Shown here: positions 20,033 through 28,091 of the stretch, in pieces
How the letters are laid out: every line of letters starts with the position of its first letter
Numbering within the stretch: position 1 is the first letter of the stretch
Source of the DNA: a virus
DNA: 64,000 nucleotides
IMG/VR virus record: IMGVR_UViG_3300025543_000013
Location: 12,475-76,474 of that record
Strand: one strand, 5' to 3'
The notes under the pieces: generated by a model
What the model saw: only the letters and a program-made list of their open reading frames with translations
The model's database searches: none
What the model was told of the DNA's origin: nothing
Translations under genes and position numbers: made by a program

Positions 20033-21026
20033 TTCTTCAAATTTATTAAAAAGATTAGATATAAAAAAAGAAAATTATATTGAAATAGAACCAAGAAAAA
20101 TAGAAAAAGTATTTATTTCTGGTTTAACTGAAGGTTATGGTTATTTACGACATATTCAAGATATTTACAAAACTATAAGTCCAGACTATTTGTATCCTAT
20201 TTCAGATGGATTTTTATATAATAAAAATATTTTTAAAGTTCCAGAACAACAAGTATTTGACAACCCTATTTTAAGCTTTTGGTATACTTGGTATATTTTG
20301 TGGCAAAATGTTACTAATAATTGTCCAGAGTTTGTAAGATTTCATAAAGGTGATATTAATAAAATAATTAATTTAGACAAAAAGAGAGAACATAAGTTTA
20401 TTTCTTTAAATAGAAATTTAAAAACCGGTAGAGACATTTTTATAAATTCTTTAGATGATAATTTTTTAAAAGACAATTGGGTTAGTGGACACTTTTCAGA
20501 TAGAAAATATTTAAAAAATGATAAACTTATAAATAATCAATTTACACACTTTTATAATATTATATTTAATGATTTAAATACTAAAGGATACATACAACCA
20601 TTTTTTGAAAGCACAGGATTAAATGATGGATTTACTGATAAAATGTTAATGATTACTGAAAAATCTTGTATTCCTTTTTTACTCGGAAACATAGCAATTC
20701 CAATGAATTTATTTTATGTTTCTGAATATGAGAAGCTTGGATTTGAATTTGTCAAAGACATCAATGGTGTTTCTATAAATGAAACAATAGAGTGGGACTT
20801 GGTTAAGTACAACGAATCATTCGCAAGTGTTTGGTTAAACGAACTAATTGAAAAAATAAAGTATATTAATCAAAACAATACTTTACAAGATATAGAAAAA
20901 ATTTATCAAGATAACTATGAATTGATTTTACATAATCAAAATCTTATAAAAAAACTAATGACGGATAATTCCGTAATAGATGAACTAAAACAATGGATAG
21001 AAAATGAAAATAATACAGATTATTAA
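20025..21026 (+). CDS. Diverged GT10-like protein
   Basis: FISLNR, ES...MITEKS.IPF, LGF. Start moved to ATG 20025. Confidence 0.45.
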   Translation: MNNSSNLLKRLDIKKENYIEIEPRKIEKVFISGLTEGYGYLRHIQDIYKTISPDYLYPISDGFLYNKNIFKVPEQQVFDNPILSFWYTWYILWQNVTNNCPEFVRFHKGDINKIINLDKKREHKFISLNRNLKTGRDIFINSLDDNFLKDNWVSGHFSDRKYLKNDKLINNQFTHFYNIIFNDLNTKGYIQPFFESTGLNDGFTDKMLMITEKSCIPFLLGNIAIPMNLFYVSEYEKLGFEFVKDINGVSINETIEWDLVKYNESFASVWLNELIEKIKYINQNNTLQDIEKIYQDNYELILHNQNLIKKLMTDNSVIDELKQWIENENNTDY

Positions 21027-21114
21027 AGATTGGGTTTTTGAATTTAAAAAACAAAGAAAACTCAAAAAGAAATTAAAAGAACTTCGTAAACGTGACCCAT
21101 TTATTTACAAATGA
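21004..21114 (+). CDS. 36-aa basic microprotein MKIIQIIKDWVFEFKKQRKLKKKLKELRKRDPFIYK (not in ORF track)
   Basis: ATG 21004. TGA 21112-21114 overlaps the next ATG (ATGA) and the ORF exactly fills the gap. Confidence 0.7.
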   Translation: MKIIQIIKDWVFEFKKQRKLKKKLKELRKRDPFIYK

Positions 21115-21818
21115 TTTATTTTGGTGGAGATAGTTTTATGTACGGAAAGGGCTTAGAAAAAGAAAAGTCCTTTCCCTACCTTGTTGCCGATTCTTTAAAT
21201 CAAGAATTTTTTGATGATTCACAAGTTTCATCATCAAACAAATTAATCTATTTAAGAGCGATGAATCATATAGTGTCGAATCAAAATTGTGATTTGTATA
21301 TTATAATGTGGTCAAGAGGTGTGGATAGGAGATTTGAACATATTTTGGATTACGATTTAACAGAAAGGTGGGTAAACATAATACCTTGTCCACATCAAAA
21401 GAAAGATGACAAAATACGAAATGATATAAACAAATATGTTTTAGAAAACTTCGTAACAGAACAATCAAGTTTCATTAATAATTTGGTTTATATGGTTTCA
21501 TTACAAAATATGTTTAAACTTTATAATAAAAAATATGTTTATTGTTATGCTCACAATGAGTTTATGAATTTGTATAAAAAAACATATAAAGAATATGGGT
21601 ATTTTTTAAATGTTAAAGATGATGAACAAGATTTTACCAAATCAACAGATTTAAAACCTTTAATAAATTCACTTGATTTTAAAAATATAATTGAATACTC
21701 TTTTAGTGAAATTATGGGTAATTGGGTTGGTGGCAGAATTGACAGACACCCAGATGAAAAACAATGTAAAGAGTATGCAGAATACTTTTTAAAGGAGTTG
21801 AATTATGAAGATAAATAA
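21111..21818 (+). CDS. SGNH-like protein
   Basis: GGDSFMYG, SSSN, C-terminal DRHP. Confidence 0.62.
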   Translation: MIYFGGDSFMYGKGLEKEKSFPYLVADSLNQEFFDDSQVSSSNKLIYLRAMNHIVSNQNCDLYIIMWSRGVDRRFEHILDYDLTERWVNIIPCPHQKKDDKIRNDINKYVLENFVTEQSSFINNLVYMVSLQNMFKLYNKKYVYCYAHNEFMNLYKKTYKEYGYFLNVKDDEQDFTKSTDLKPLINSLDFKNIIEYSFSEIMGNWVGGRIDRHPDEKQCKEYAEYFLKELNYEDK

Positions 21819-22644
21819 AAAGTATTTAATTACAAGTGGTTGTTCTTTTACCGAAGGACATATGATACAACCAATTAGTTGGGCAACAAAACTTGGTGAG
21901 AAACTAAGTTTAGAAACAATTAATTTAGGTAAAGGTGGAACAGGAAATGAAATCATTACACAAAGTGTAATTAATTACTCTACTTTTGAAAAAGAAATAG
22001 CAGATAATAGTTTTTTTGTAATACAATTATCAGAGTGTTTACGATATTTGATAAATTATGATGGTAGTAAATCTTCACAATATTGGCATATTACCCCAGG
22101 ACAATTTGTAAATGATAATGGATTTGATAATTGGGATTTAAGTTCAGAACTTAACAAACATATATACAATAATCGTTATGGATTAGCACCTTTTTATTCA
22201 AACATAACATTTAGTCTGATAAAAACATATTGGAACATAATCAATTTGGTTAATTTTTTTGAAAAAAATAATTATCCTTATTTGATATTTGACGGATTAA
22301 ATAGTCATATACCTTTTGAGAAAAATGGAAAGTGGTTTTTACCGTTTTCTGACCCCGATAACAAGTGGGATAAACCATATGAATTAAAAGTTAGTGATAA
22401 AAAAAATTTTAAATTATTTATAACAGATGAGCATTGTCCAACACTTCACATACACTTGATTAATTATATTAAAAGTTTAAATTATTATTATACTGAAAAT
22501 ACATTATGGAAATTTATTCATAAACGAGATAATGAAGATTATCATAAAGAAAATGAAGGACACCCAAATGAATTAGGTTCTGATAAATGGGCAGAAGAAT
22601 TAATAAAAATTATAGGAGATAAGTATGAAAACTATAAAGTATAA
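21805..22644 (+). CDS. SGNH-like protein
   Basis: SGCSFTEG, NLGKGGTGN, GHPNELG. Confidence 0.62.
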   Translation: MKINKKYLITSGCSFTEGHMIQPISWATKLGEKLSLETINLGKGGTGNEIITQSVINYSTFEKEIADNSFFVIQLSECLRYLINYDGSKSSQYWHITPGQFVNDNGFDNWDLSSELNKHIYNNRYGLAPFYSNITFSLIKTYWNIINLVNFFEKNNYPYLIFDGLNSHIPFEKNGKWFLPFSDPDNKWDKPYELKVSDKKNFKLFITDEHCPTLHIHLINYIKSLNYYYTENTLWKFIHKRDNEDYHKENEGHPNELGSDKWAEELIKIIGDKYENYKV

Positions 22645-23413
22645 AAACGAAATATTTTCTGAATATGTTTTAGATTATTTAGTTAACAATAAAGTTATAA
22701 AAAATAAATCAAATTTAAACAATTTACACGAAAATTTAGTAAATGTCGATATGGCGAATTATGAGTCAGGAGAAATATATAAAGACACTCATAAACATAA
22801 TTACACGAGTGGTATAAATGAAGTTCAAAAGTTTTTATACAACTTAGATAGTGATACTAATTGGTATAAAATGTATTTAGATTTGTTAAAAGAAATTTAT
22901 AATAATGTGGGATATGATTTTTATTTTCAAAAAACACCAACAGTTAGAGTTCACTGTCCAAATGCCGTCGGTTCTGAACACTATCCAATGTATCACACAG
23001 ATGTGTCACTTGGTCACCCGCCACAAGAAATAAATGTTTGGTTTTCTTTAACGAAAAATAAAAATTCAGGATTTTACATTATGAGTTTAGAAGATAGTCT
23101 TGAATATGTAGAAAAGTATGGACACGAAGAACTGAATAGATTAGCAATTAACGATAAAAAAGTATTCAATGTTGAATGTCATAATAAATCAGAAGAAGTG
23201 GAATCTACTTTAGACAATATATTTTTATTTGATTCACTACGAATCCATAGTGGTATGGCAAGAGAAGATGATACAAGAGTATCAATGGATATAAGAATAA
23301 ATCCGGTTGATAAATTTGTCCACGGATATATCGGTAGTGGAACACAAAAGGCAGAGTTTTGGCCAGGTGGACATTTTGGGTATCACGAAAAATCAATTAA
23401 GGAATTAATATGA
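22625..23413 (+). CDS. 2OG/Fe(II) oxygenase-like protein (StrG-like)
   Basis: FQKTPTVRVH.P, HTD...GHP..EINVW, H...R.S.D.R. Confidence 0.6.
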   Translation: MKTIKYKNEIFSEYVLDYLVNNKVIKNKSNLNNLHENLVNVDMANYESGEIYKDTHKHNYTSGINEVQKFLYNLDSDTNWYKMYLDLLKEIYNNVGYDFYFQKTPTVRVHCPNAVGSEHYPMYHTDVSLGHPPQEINVWFSLTKNKNSGFYIMSLEDSLEYVEKYGHEELNRLAINDKKVFNVECHNKSEEVESTLDNIFLFDSLRIHSGMAREDDTRVSMDIRINPVDKFVHGYIGSGTQKAEFWPGGHFGYHEKSIKELI

Positions 23414-24369
23414 ATATATTGATAACAGGTGGAACCGGATTTGTAGGTAGTCATATGATTGATTATATATTGAGTAATCAATCTGATGTAAAGATATATG
23501 TGACTAAAAGGTGGTTAGAAGATACAAAAAATATTGACCACATCAATGATACACGATTTGAAATAATTGATTGTGATTTATTAGACGGATTTTCAGTTCA
23601 AAGAGCAGTTGAAATATCTAAACCAGATAAAGTGTTTCATTTTGCAGCACAATCTTTTCCAGAAGTTAGTTTTAAAATACCAGTTATAACTTTACAAACT
23701 AATGTTATCGGAACAACACACTTGTTAGAATCAATTAAAAATTCTAAATATAATCCGGTTGTGGTTAGTATTTCATCATCAGAGGTATATGGTAATCCAA
23801 ATCCAGACGAAGTTCCAATTAATGAGAATAATCCAATTAGACCGGCAAATCCATACTCAATATCAAAAGTAGGACACGACTTAATGTCACAATATTATTA
23901 TAACGCGTATGGTATGAAAATTATTACAACTCGTATGTTTTCACACGAAGGTTCTCGTAGAGGAAAAGAGTTTGCACTTTCATCATTTGCATATCAAATA
24001 GTTCAAAATGAAAAAGGCAACGGAGACGGATTTATACGACACGGAAATTTAGATTCAACAAGAACTTATGCCCATATTGAAGATGCTATACGAGCATATT
24101 GGTTGTGTTCAGAAAGTAAAAAATTTGGTGAAGTTTATAACATTGGTGGAGACTATACTTGTAAAGTTGGAGATGCGTTAAATATGTTGATATCAAAATC
24201 AACAATAAAATTAAAACCATTACTTGATGAACAAAGAGTAAGACCAACAGACATTACATTACAAATTCCAGATACAACAAAATTTAGAAAAGAATTTGGT
24301 TGGAAACCAGAAAAAGATTTATCAGATATTTGTGACGACTTATTGAATTATTGGAGAGATGTCTTATGA
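23410..24369 (+). CDS. gmd: GDP-mannose 4,6-dehydratase
   Basis: GGTGFVGSH, FHFAAQSF, SSSEVYG, PYSISK, RMFSHEG.RRG..F, GNL...R, RPTD. Confidence 0.85.
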   Translation: MNILITGGTGFVGSHMIDYILSNQSDVKIYVTKRWLEDTKNIDHINDTRFEIIDCDLLDGFSVQRAVEISKPDKVFHFAAQSFPEVSFKIPVITLQTNVIGTTHLLESIKNSKYNPVVVSISSSEVYGNPNPDEVPINENNPIRPANPYSISKVGHDLMSQYYYNAYGMKIITTRMFSHEGSRRGKEFALSSFAYQIVQNEKGNGDGFIRHGNLDSTRTYAHIEDAIRAYWLCSESKKFGEVYNIGGDYTCKVGDALNMLISKSTIKLKPLLDEQRVRPTDITLQIPDTTKFRKEFGWKPEKDLSDICDDLLNYWRDVL

Positions 24370-25349
24370 TTACACTAAATTCTGAGTTGTGTAATCCTAT
24401 GAATATATATTTTCAAAATAACGAGATACAATATTCAAATGATAATCCAACTATTATAAAGTTGAATGAAAATGAAAGAAATCAAGATGAACTTAATAAT
24501 AAAATATTTATAAAGTTAGACGAAAAATTTCATATACCAGAAGAATATATTAATAGTATACTAAAAAATAATAAGATAATCGCAAGTGTTAATTGTAATA
24601 TTAATCATCCAAATTATTACTTTGACCCGTTATTATATATGTACTACTTTTATTTTTTATTTGGATTTAATCATTTATCTTATAATCAACTTGATGTTCG
24701 TAAAACAAATTTAGTCGGTTGTTATCATTTATTTAATTATAAAAATGACAGAGATTATTGTCATAATTTTATTGATGAACACTTGATAGAAAAAATTCAT
24801 ATTTACAATACCAAAAAAGATTCAAAAGTAATAAATGACACTGCAAAAGTAATTAATAAAAATATGGGTAAACAACAATGGAATTCAAATCATATAGCGG
24901 GATATAGTGATTACATAACATCAGCAGTTGGATTAATACACGATAGTATGGGATTTTATTTACAGAACTCAGAACAAAATTATTTAATTGAACCAGAACA
25001 ATGTTATTTAAATGAAAAAGCATTAAAAGGTATTTTGTTTTCTAAATTAAATATTCCATTTATATTAAACACTACACTAAAAAATTTTAAGATTTTAAGA
25101 GAAACAGGATTTTGGTTTTTAAATTCTGAGTTTACCGACTATGATGTAAAAGTCGGAATAGTCAAAACTATAAGTTTTTTAAATGAGTTACACCGACAAA
25201 CAGGTGATTATCAACAAACTCATAGTAAATTAGTTGATATGTTTGGAGAAAAAATGCAAAATAATTACAATTTATTTCACAAATATTTGGAAAAACCATA
25301 CAACTACAACAAATTCTTAGAGTTCATTTCAAACAATAAAACTTCCTAA
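24366..25349 (+). CDS. Highly diverged GT10-like or hypothetical protein
   Basis: YLNEKALKG...PFI...L.E.GF.F resembles the TEK motif of the paralogs. ATGA overlap with gmd. Confidence 0.4.
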   Translation: MITLNSELCNPMNIYFQNNEIQYSNDNPTIIKLNENERNQDELNNKIFIKLDEKFHIPEEYINSILKNNKIIASVNCNINHPNYYFDPLLYMYYFYFLFGFNHLSYNQLDVRKTNLVGCYHLFNYKNDRDYCHNFIDEHLIEKIHIYNTKKDSKVINDTAKVINKNMGKQQWNSNHIAGYSDYITSAVGLIHDSMGFYLQNSEQNYLIEPEQCYLNEKALKGILFSKLNIPFILNTTLKNFKILRETGFWFLNSEFTDYDVKVGIVKTISFLNELHRQTGDYQQTHSKLVDMFGEKMQNNYNLFHKYLEKPYNYNKFLEFISNNKTS

Positions 25350-25354
25350 GTTTA

Positions 25355-25362
25355 TATTTATA
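25355..25362 (+). promoter_or_regulatory. Putative late promoter TATTTATA
   Basis: Recurrent intergenic motif. Confidence 0.6.
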
Positions 25363-25393
25363 ATTGTATACAAATATAAATTTTAGGACTAAA

Positions 25394-26137
25394 ATGATTA
25401 AATTATCAGAATTATTACACGAAGGTATCAATGACCCAGGTATTTTAAAAGCCGTTTTCTTAGCCGGAGGGCCTGGTTCAGGTAAAACCTATGTAGCCAA
25501 AGGTCTATTTGGTATTCCTGAACGACTAAACATATCCCAAACTGGTTTGAAAATGGTCAATTCTGATAAAGAACTCAAACATCTTTTAAACAAATACGGA
25601 TTCGGTACTGATTTAGACTCATTACCAGATGAAGTATTTTCAAATTTAACCAATCCTAAAGACCCAGAATATAGTGGATTGAGAACTTATGCAAAAGAAC
25701 TCACCAAAGAACGACAAAGACTTTATGCACAAGGTCGTTTAGGTATGATTATCGACGGAACCGGAGATGATTATCAAAAGATTGCACGAGAAAAGAAAGA
25801 ATTAGAAGATATCGGATACGATACTTATATGATTTTTGTCAACACTACATTAGAAGTAGCACTTGATAGAAATGAAAAAAGAGATAGAGTTTTACCTAAA
25901 CATATTGTTGCGGATTCTCACAAAGAAGTAGTTCGTAATATTGGTGGATTTCAAGGATTGTTTGGTTCTGGTAATTTTATGGTTGTTGATAACAATCAAT
26001 ATCGAACAGAAGAAGAAGCAACCAAACGATTCAATATGTTGGTTAAAAAAGGATTAGGTAAATTTATATCAGCACCCGTTAAAAATAAACGAGGACAAGC
26101 TTGGATACGACATAACAAACTATTAAAGGGGAAATAA
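25394..26137 (+). CDS. Zeta-toxin/AAA_33-like P-loop kinase with N-terminal MIKLSELLHE tag
   Basis: AGGPGSGKT Walker A, IIDGT, AL.RN..R.R lid. SD AGGA before ATG 25394. Confidence 0.8.
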   Translation: MIKLSELLHEGINDPGILKAVFLAGGPGSGKTYVAKGLFGIPERLNISQTGLKMVNSDKELKHLLNKYGFGTDLDSLPDEVFSNLTNPKDPEYSGLRTYAKELTKERQRLYAQGRLGMIIDGTGDDYQKIAREKKELEDIGYDTYMIFVNTTLEVALDRNEKRDRVLPKHIVADSHKEVVRNIGGFQGLFGSGNFMVVDNNQYRTEEEATKRFNMLVKKGLGKFISAPVKNKRGQAWIRHNKLLKGK

Positions 26138-26138
26138 A

Positions 26139-26621
26139 ATGTTAATATCATTTGACGAAATTATAGAAGTAACTTTACACCACGAAGGTGGATATGTTCA
26201 CGACCCAAATGACTTGGGTGGAGAAACCAACTTCGGTATTGCAAAAAGATTTTATCCAGATGTAGATATTAAAAATCTTACAGAAGACGAAGCAAAAGAA
26301 ATTTATCGTAGAGATTATTGGGATAAAAACAGAGTGGAAGAACTACCAGAACACCTTAGACATATATTTTTCGATATGTGTGTAAATCAAGGTAGAGGAA
26401 CCGCAGTAAAAATTTTACAACGAGCTTGTGTTGCTAAAGGAGCAGACATCGCAATTGACGGAGGTATGGGGCCAGGAACTATGAACGCAATCGAAACCTA
26501 CAAACCTTCCGCAGATAGAGTTCGTTGTTATAGATTAAAACATTATTATGATTTAGTAAATGCAAAACCAGAACAAGAAAGATTTTTGTTCGGTTGGTTT
26601 AAACGAGCAATATCAGTATAG
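26139..26621 (+). CDS. Glycoside hydrolase family 108 lysozyme (endolysin) with peptidoglycan-binding C-terminus
   Basis: HEGGYVHDPNDLGGETNFGI, Y...YW, FD..VNQG, DG..GP.T, F..GW..R. Confidence 0.9.
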   Translation: MLISFDEIIEVTLHHEGGYVHDPNDLGGETNFGIAKRFYPDVDIKNLTEDEAKEIYRRDYWDKNRVEELPEHLRHIFFDMCVNQGRGTAVKILQRACVAKGADIAIDGGMGPGTMNAIETYKPSADRVRCYRLKHYYDLVNAKPEQERFLFGWFKRAISV

Positions 26622-26631
26622 GAGAAAATAA

Positions 26632-26904
26632 ATGGCAACACCAGTTCAAGGTTCATTCATAGATAGAACTAAAAACATAGAGAGACCAAATTCATTTAAA
26701 GTTGTTAATAGTATTAATGACGCAATTTATGAACCAACAGGTTCTAATTTAAATTCAGCTTTTACCGTGAGTGGTGAAGGATATGAACTTAGAGGTTTAG
26801 ATGGTGGTTCAATAACAGGTGGATTAGCAAGTGGTAGTGTATACAATGTATCATTATCATATGTTAGTGCATCATCATTTGCAACTGTAAACTTATTTAG
26901 ATAA
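26632..26904 (+). CDS. Small hypothetical (possibly virion) protein
   Basis: SD AGGAG, Ser/Gly-rich beta composition. Confidence 0.65.
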   Translation: MATPVQGSFIDRTKNIERPNSFKVVNSINDAIYEPTGSNLNSAFTVSGEGYELRGLDGGSITGGLASGSVYNVSLSYVSASSFATVNLFR

Positions 26905-27281
26905 TGTCAGAACAAATATCACAGATTATACGAGAAGTCATCACAGAACTGATTGACGATAGTCGTTGTGTTCGTTGTGGTTCAATCACTAATGAAGACT
27001 TGAGAAAGTGGTTCGGTAAAGGTGGAGCCGGAGGAACAACCAAAGGTGGTTGGGACAGATATGGTTCAGACGGACAGAAACTTGGTAAATGTGGTGGTGG
27101 AAAAGAAGGTGGTGCATATGCCGCATGTTTAAGTGCCGAGAAAGCTCGTAAACTTGGCCCAGACGGAAGAGCAGCATTTGTTCGTCGTAAAAGACGAGAC
27201 CAAAAGAAAGCAGGCGATACCAAAAAAGGAAGACAAAGAACCAAAGGTAAAGCACCAGTAATGAGTAAAACAGGAGCATAA
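26904..27281 (+). CDS. Basic Gly/Lys-rich phage protein (DLRKWF...GGW...C...CL family)
   Basis: The domain begins right after ITNE. Coupled to its neighbours. Confidence 0.65.
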   Translation: MSEQISQIIREVITELIDDSRCVRCGSITNEDLRKWFGKGGAGGTTKGGWDRYGSDGQKLGKCGGGKEGGAYAACLSAEKARKLGPDGRAAFVRRKRRDQKKAGDTKKGRQRTKGKAPVMSKTGA

Positions 27282-27282
27282 G

Positions 27283-27771
27283 GTGATTAAATTACACGAC
27301 ATACTTAATGAAGCAGAAAAAAAAGGTTGTCCTTTACCAACACAAGATATTGATTTAAATTTAAAAAATCGTAATAAAGCATTTAAAAAATATAACTATG
27401 GGCCAGCAGACCCAAGACACGATTTAAATACAGATGTGGATAAATTAGATTATGCTAATTTAAAAGAAAGTGATTTTAAATCAAAAGAAGAATTACAAAA
27501 CTCACCAAACATTGAGTATTGGAAAAAATTACAGGATATCTACAATACAGAAGATATATTCGCAATCTTAAAACAAAGATGTGGTAATTGTGCAGCATTT
27601 AACATTACGGACAAAATGAGAGATTGTATTAAAAAAGGTATCGGAGATGAAGCACCAGCAGAACCAATTATTAAAGTTGGTGAAATTGGATATTGTAGAT
27701 TTTTAAAATTTAAATGTGCGGCAGCCAGAACTTGTCAAGCTTGGGTAAGCGGTGGGCCGATTAAAGACTAA
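27283..27771 (+). CDS. Cys-rich metal-binding protein with MIKLHDILNE tag
   Basis: RCGNCAAF...DC...GYC...KC...RTCQAW. GTG start. Confidence 0.65.
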   Translation: MIKLHDILNEAEKKGCPLPTQDIDLNLKNRNKAFKKYNYGPADPRHDLNTDVDKLDYANLKESDFKSKEELQNSPNIEYWKKLQDIYNTEDIFAILKQRCGNCAAFNITDKMRDCIKKGIGDEAPAEPIIKVGEIGYCRFLKFKCAAARTCQAWVSGGPIKD

Positions 27772-28088
27772 TGGCAGGAGATTGTTATCAAGCAAATGGT
27801 AATTTTATCATTACCAAAATGGGAGACAATGATTTCAAATTGTGTCACGGAGTTGCTTTATTAGCAAGTGATAAAAAACCTTTTGGTCATTGTTGGATAG
27901 AAAAGGGTGGTGCAATATTAGATTTTTCTAATGGTAAAAAAATTGCAACCACTAAAAAGAAATATTATGAATTGGGTGGAATACCAGTTTCAGGATATAA
28001 GAATTATTTTTACACACCTGCGGAAGCAGCAAAGAAAATGGTTGAAACAGGACATTGGGGGCCTTGGGATTCCAAACCACCGAGATAA
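27771..28088 (+). CDS. Small transglutaminase/papain-like Cys-His-Asp protein
   Basis: GDCY, LCHG, GHCWIE, ILDFS. Confidence 0.5.
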   Translation: MAGDCYQANGNFIITKMGDNDFKLCHGVALLASDKKPFGHCWIEKGGAILDFSNGKKIATTKKKYYELGGIPVSGYKNYFYTPAEAAKKMVETGHWGPWDSKPPR

Positions 28089-28091
28089 ATT

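Noticed and set aside
26139-26168. MLISFDEIIE at the lysozyme N-terminus as a cargo tag
   Set aside because: It has Glu at position 10, but the segment matches the normal GH108 first helix (F...I..vl.hEGGY) and lacks the IKL core.
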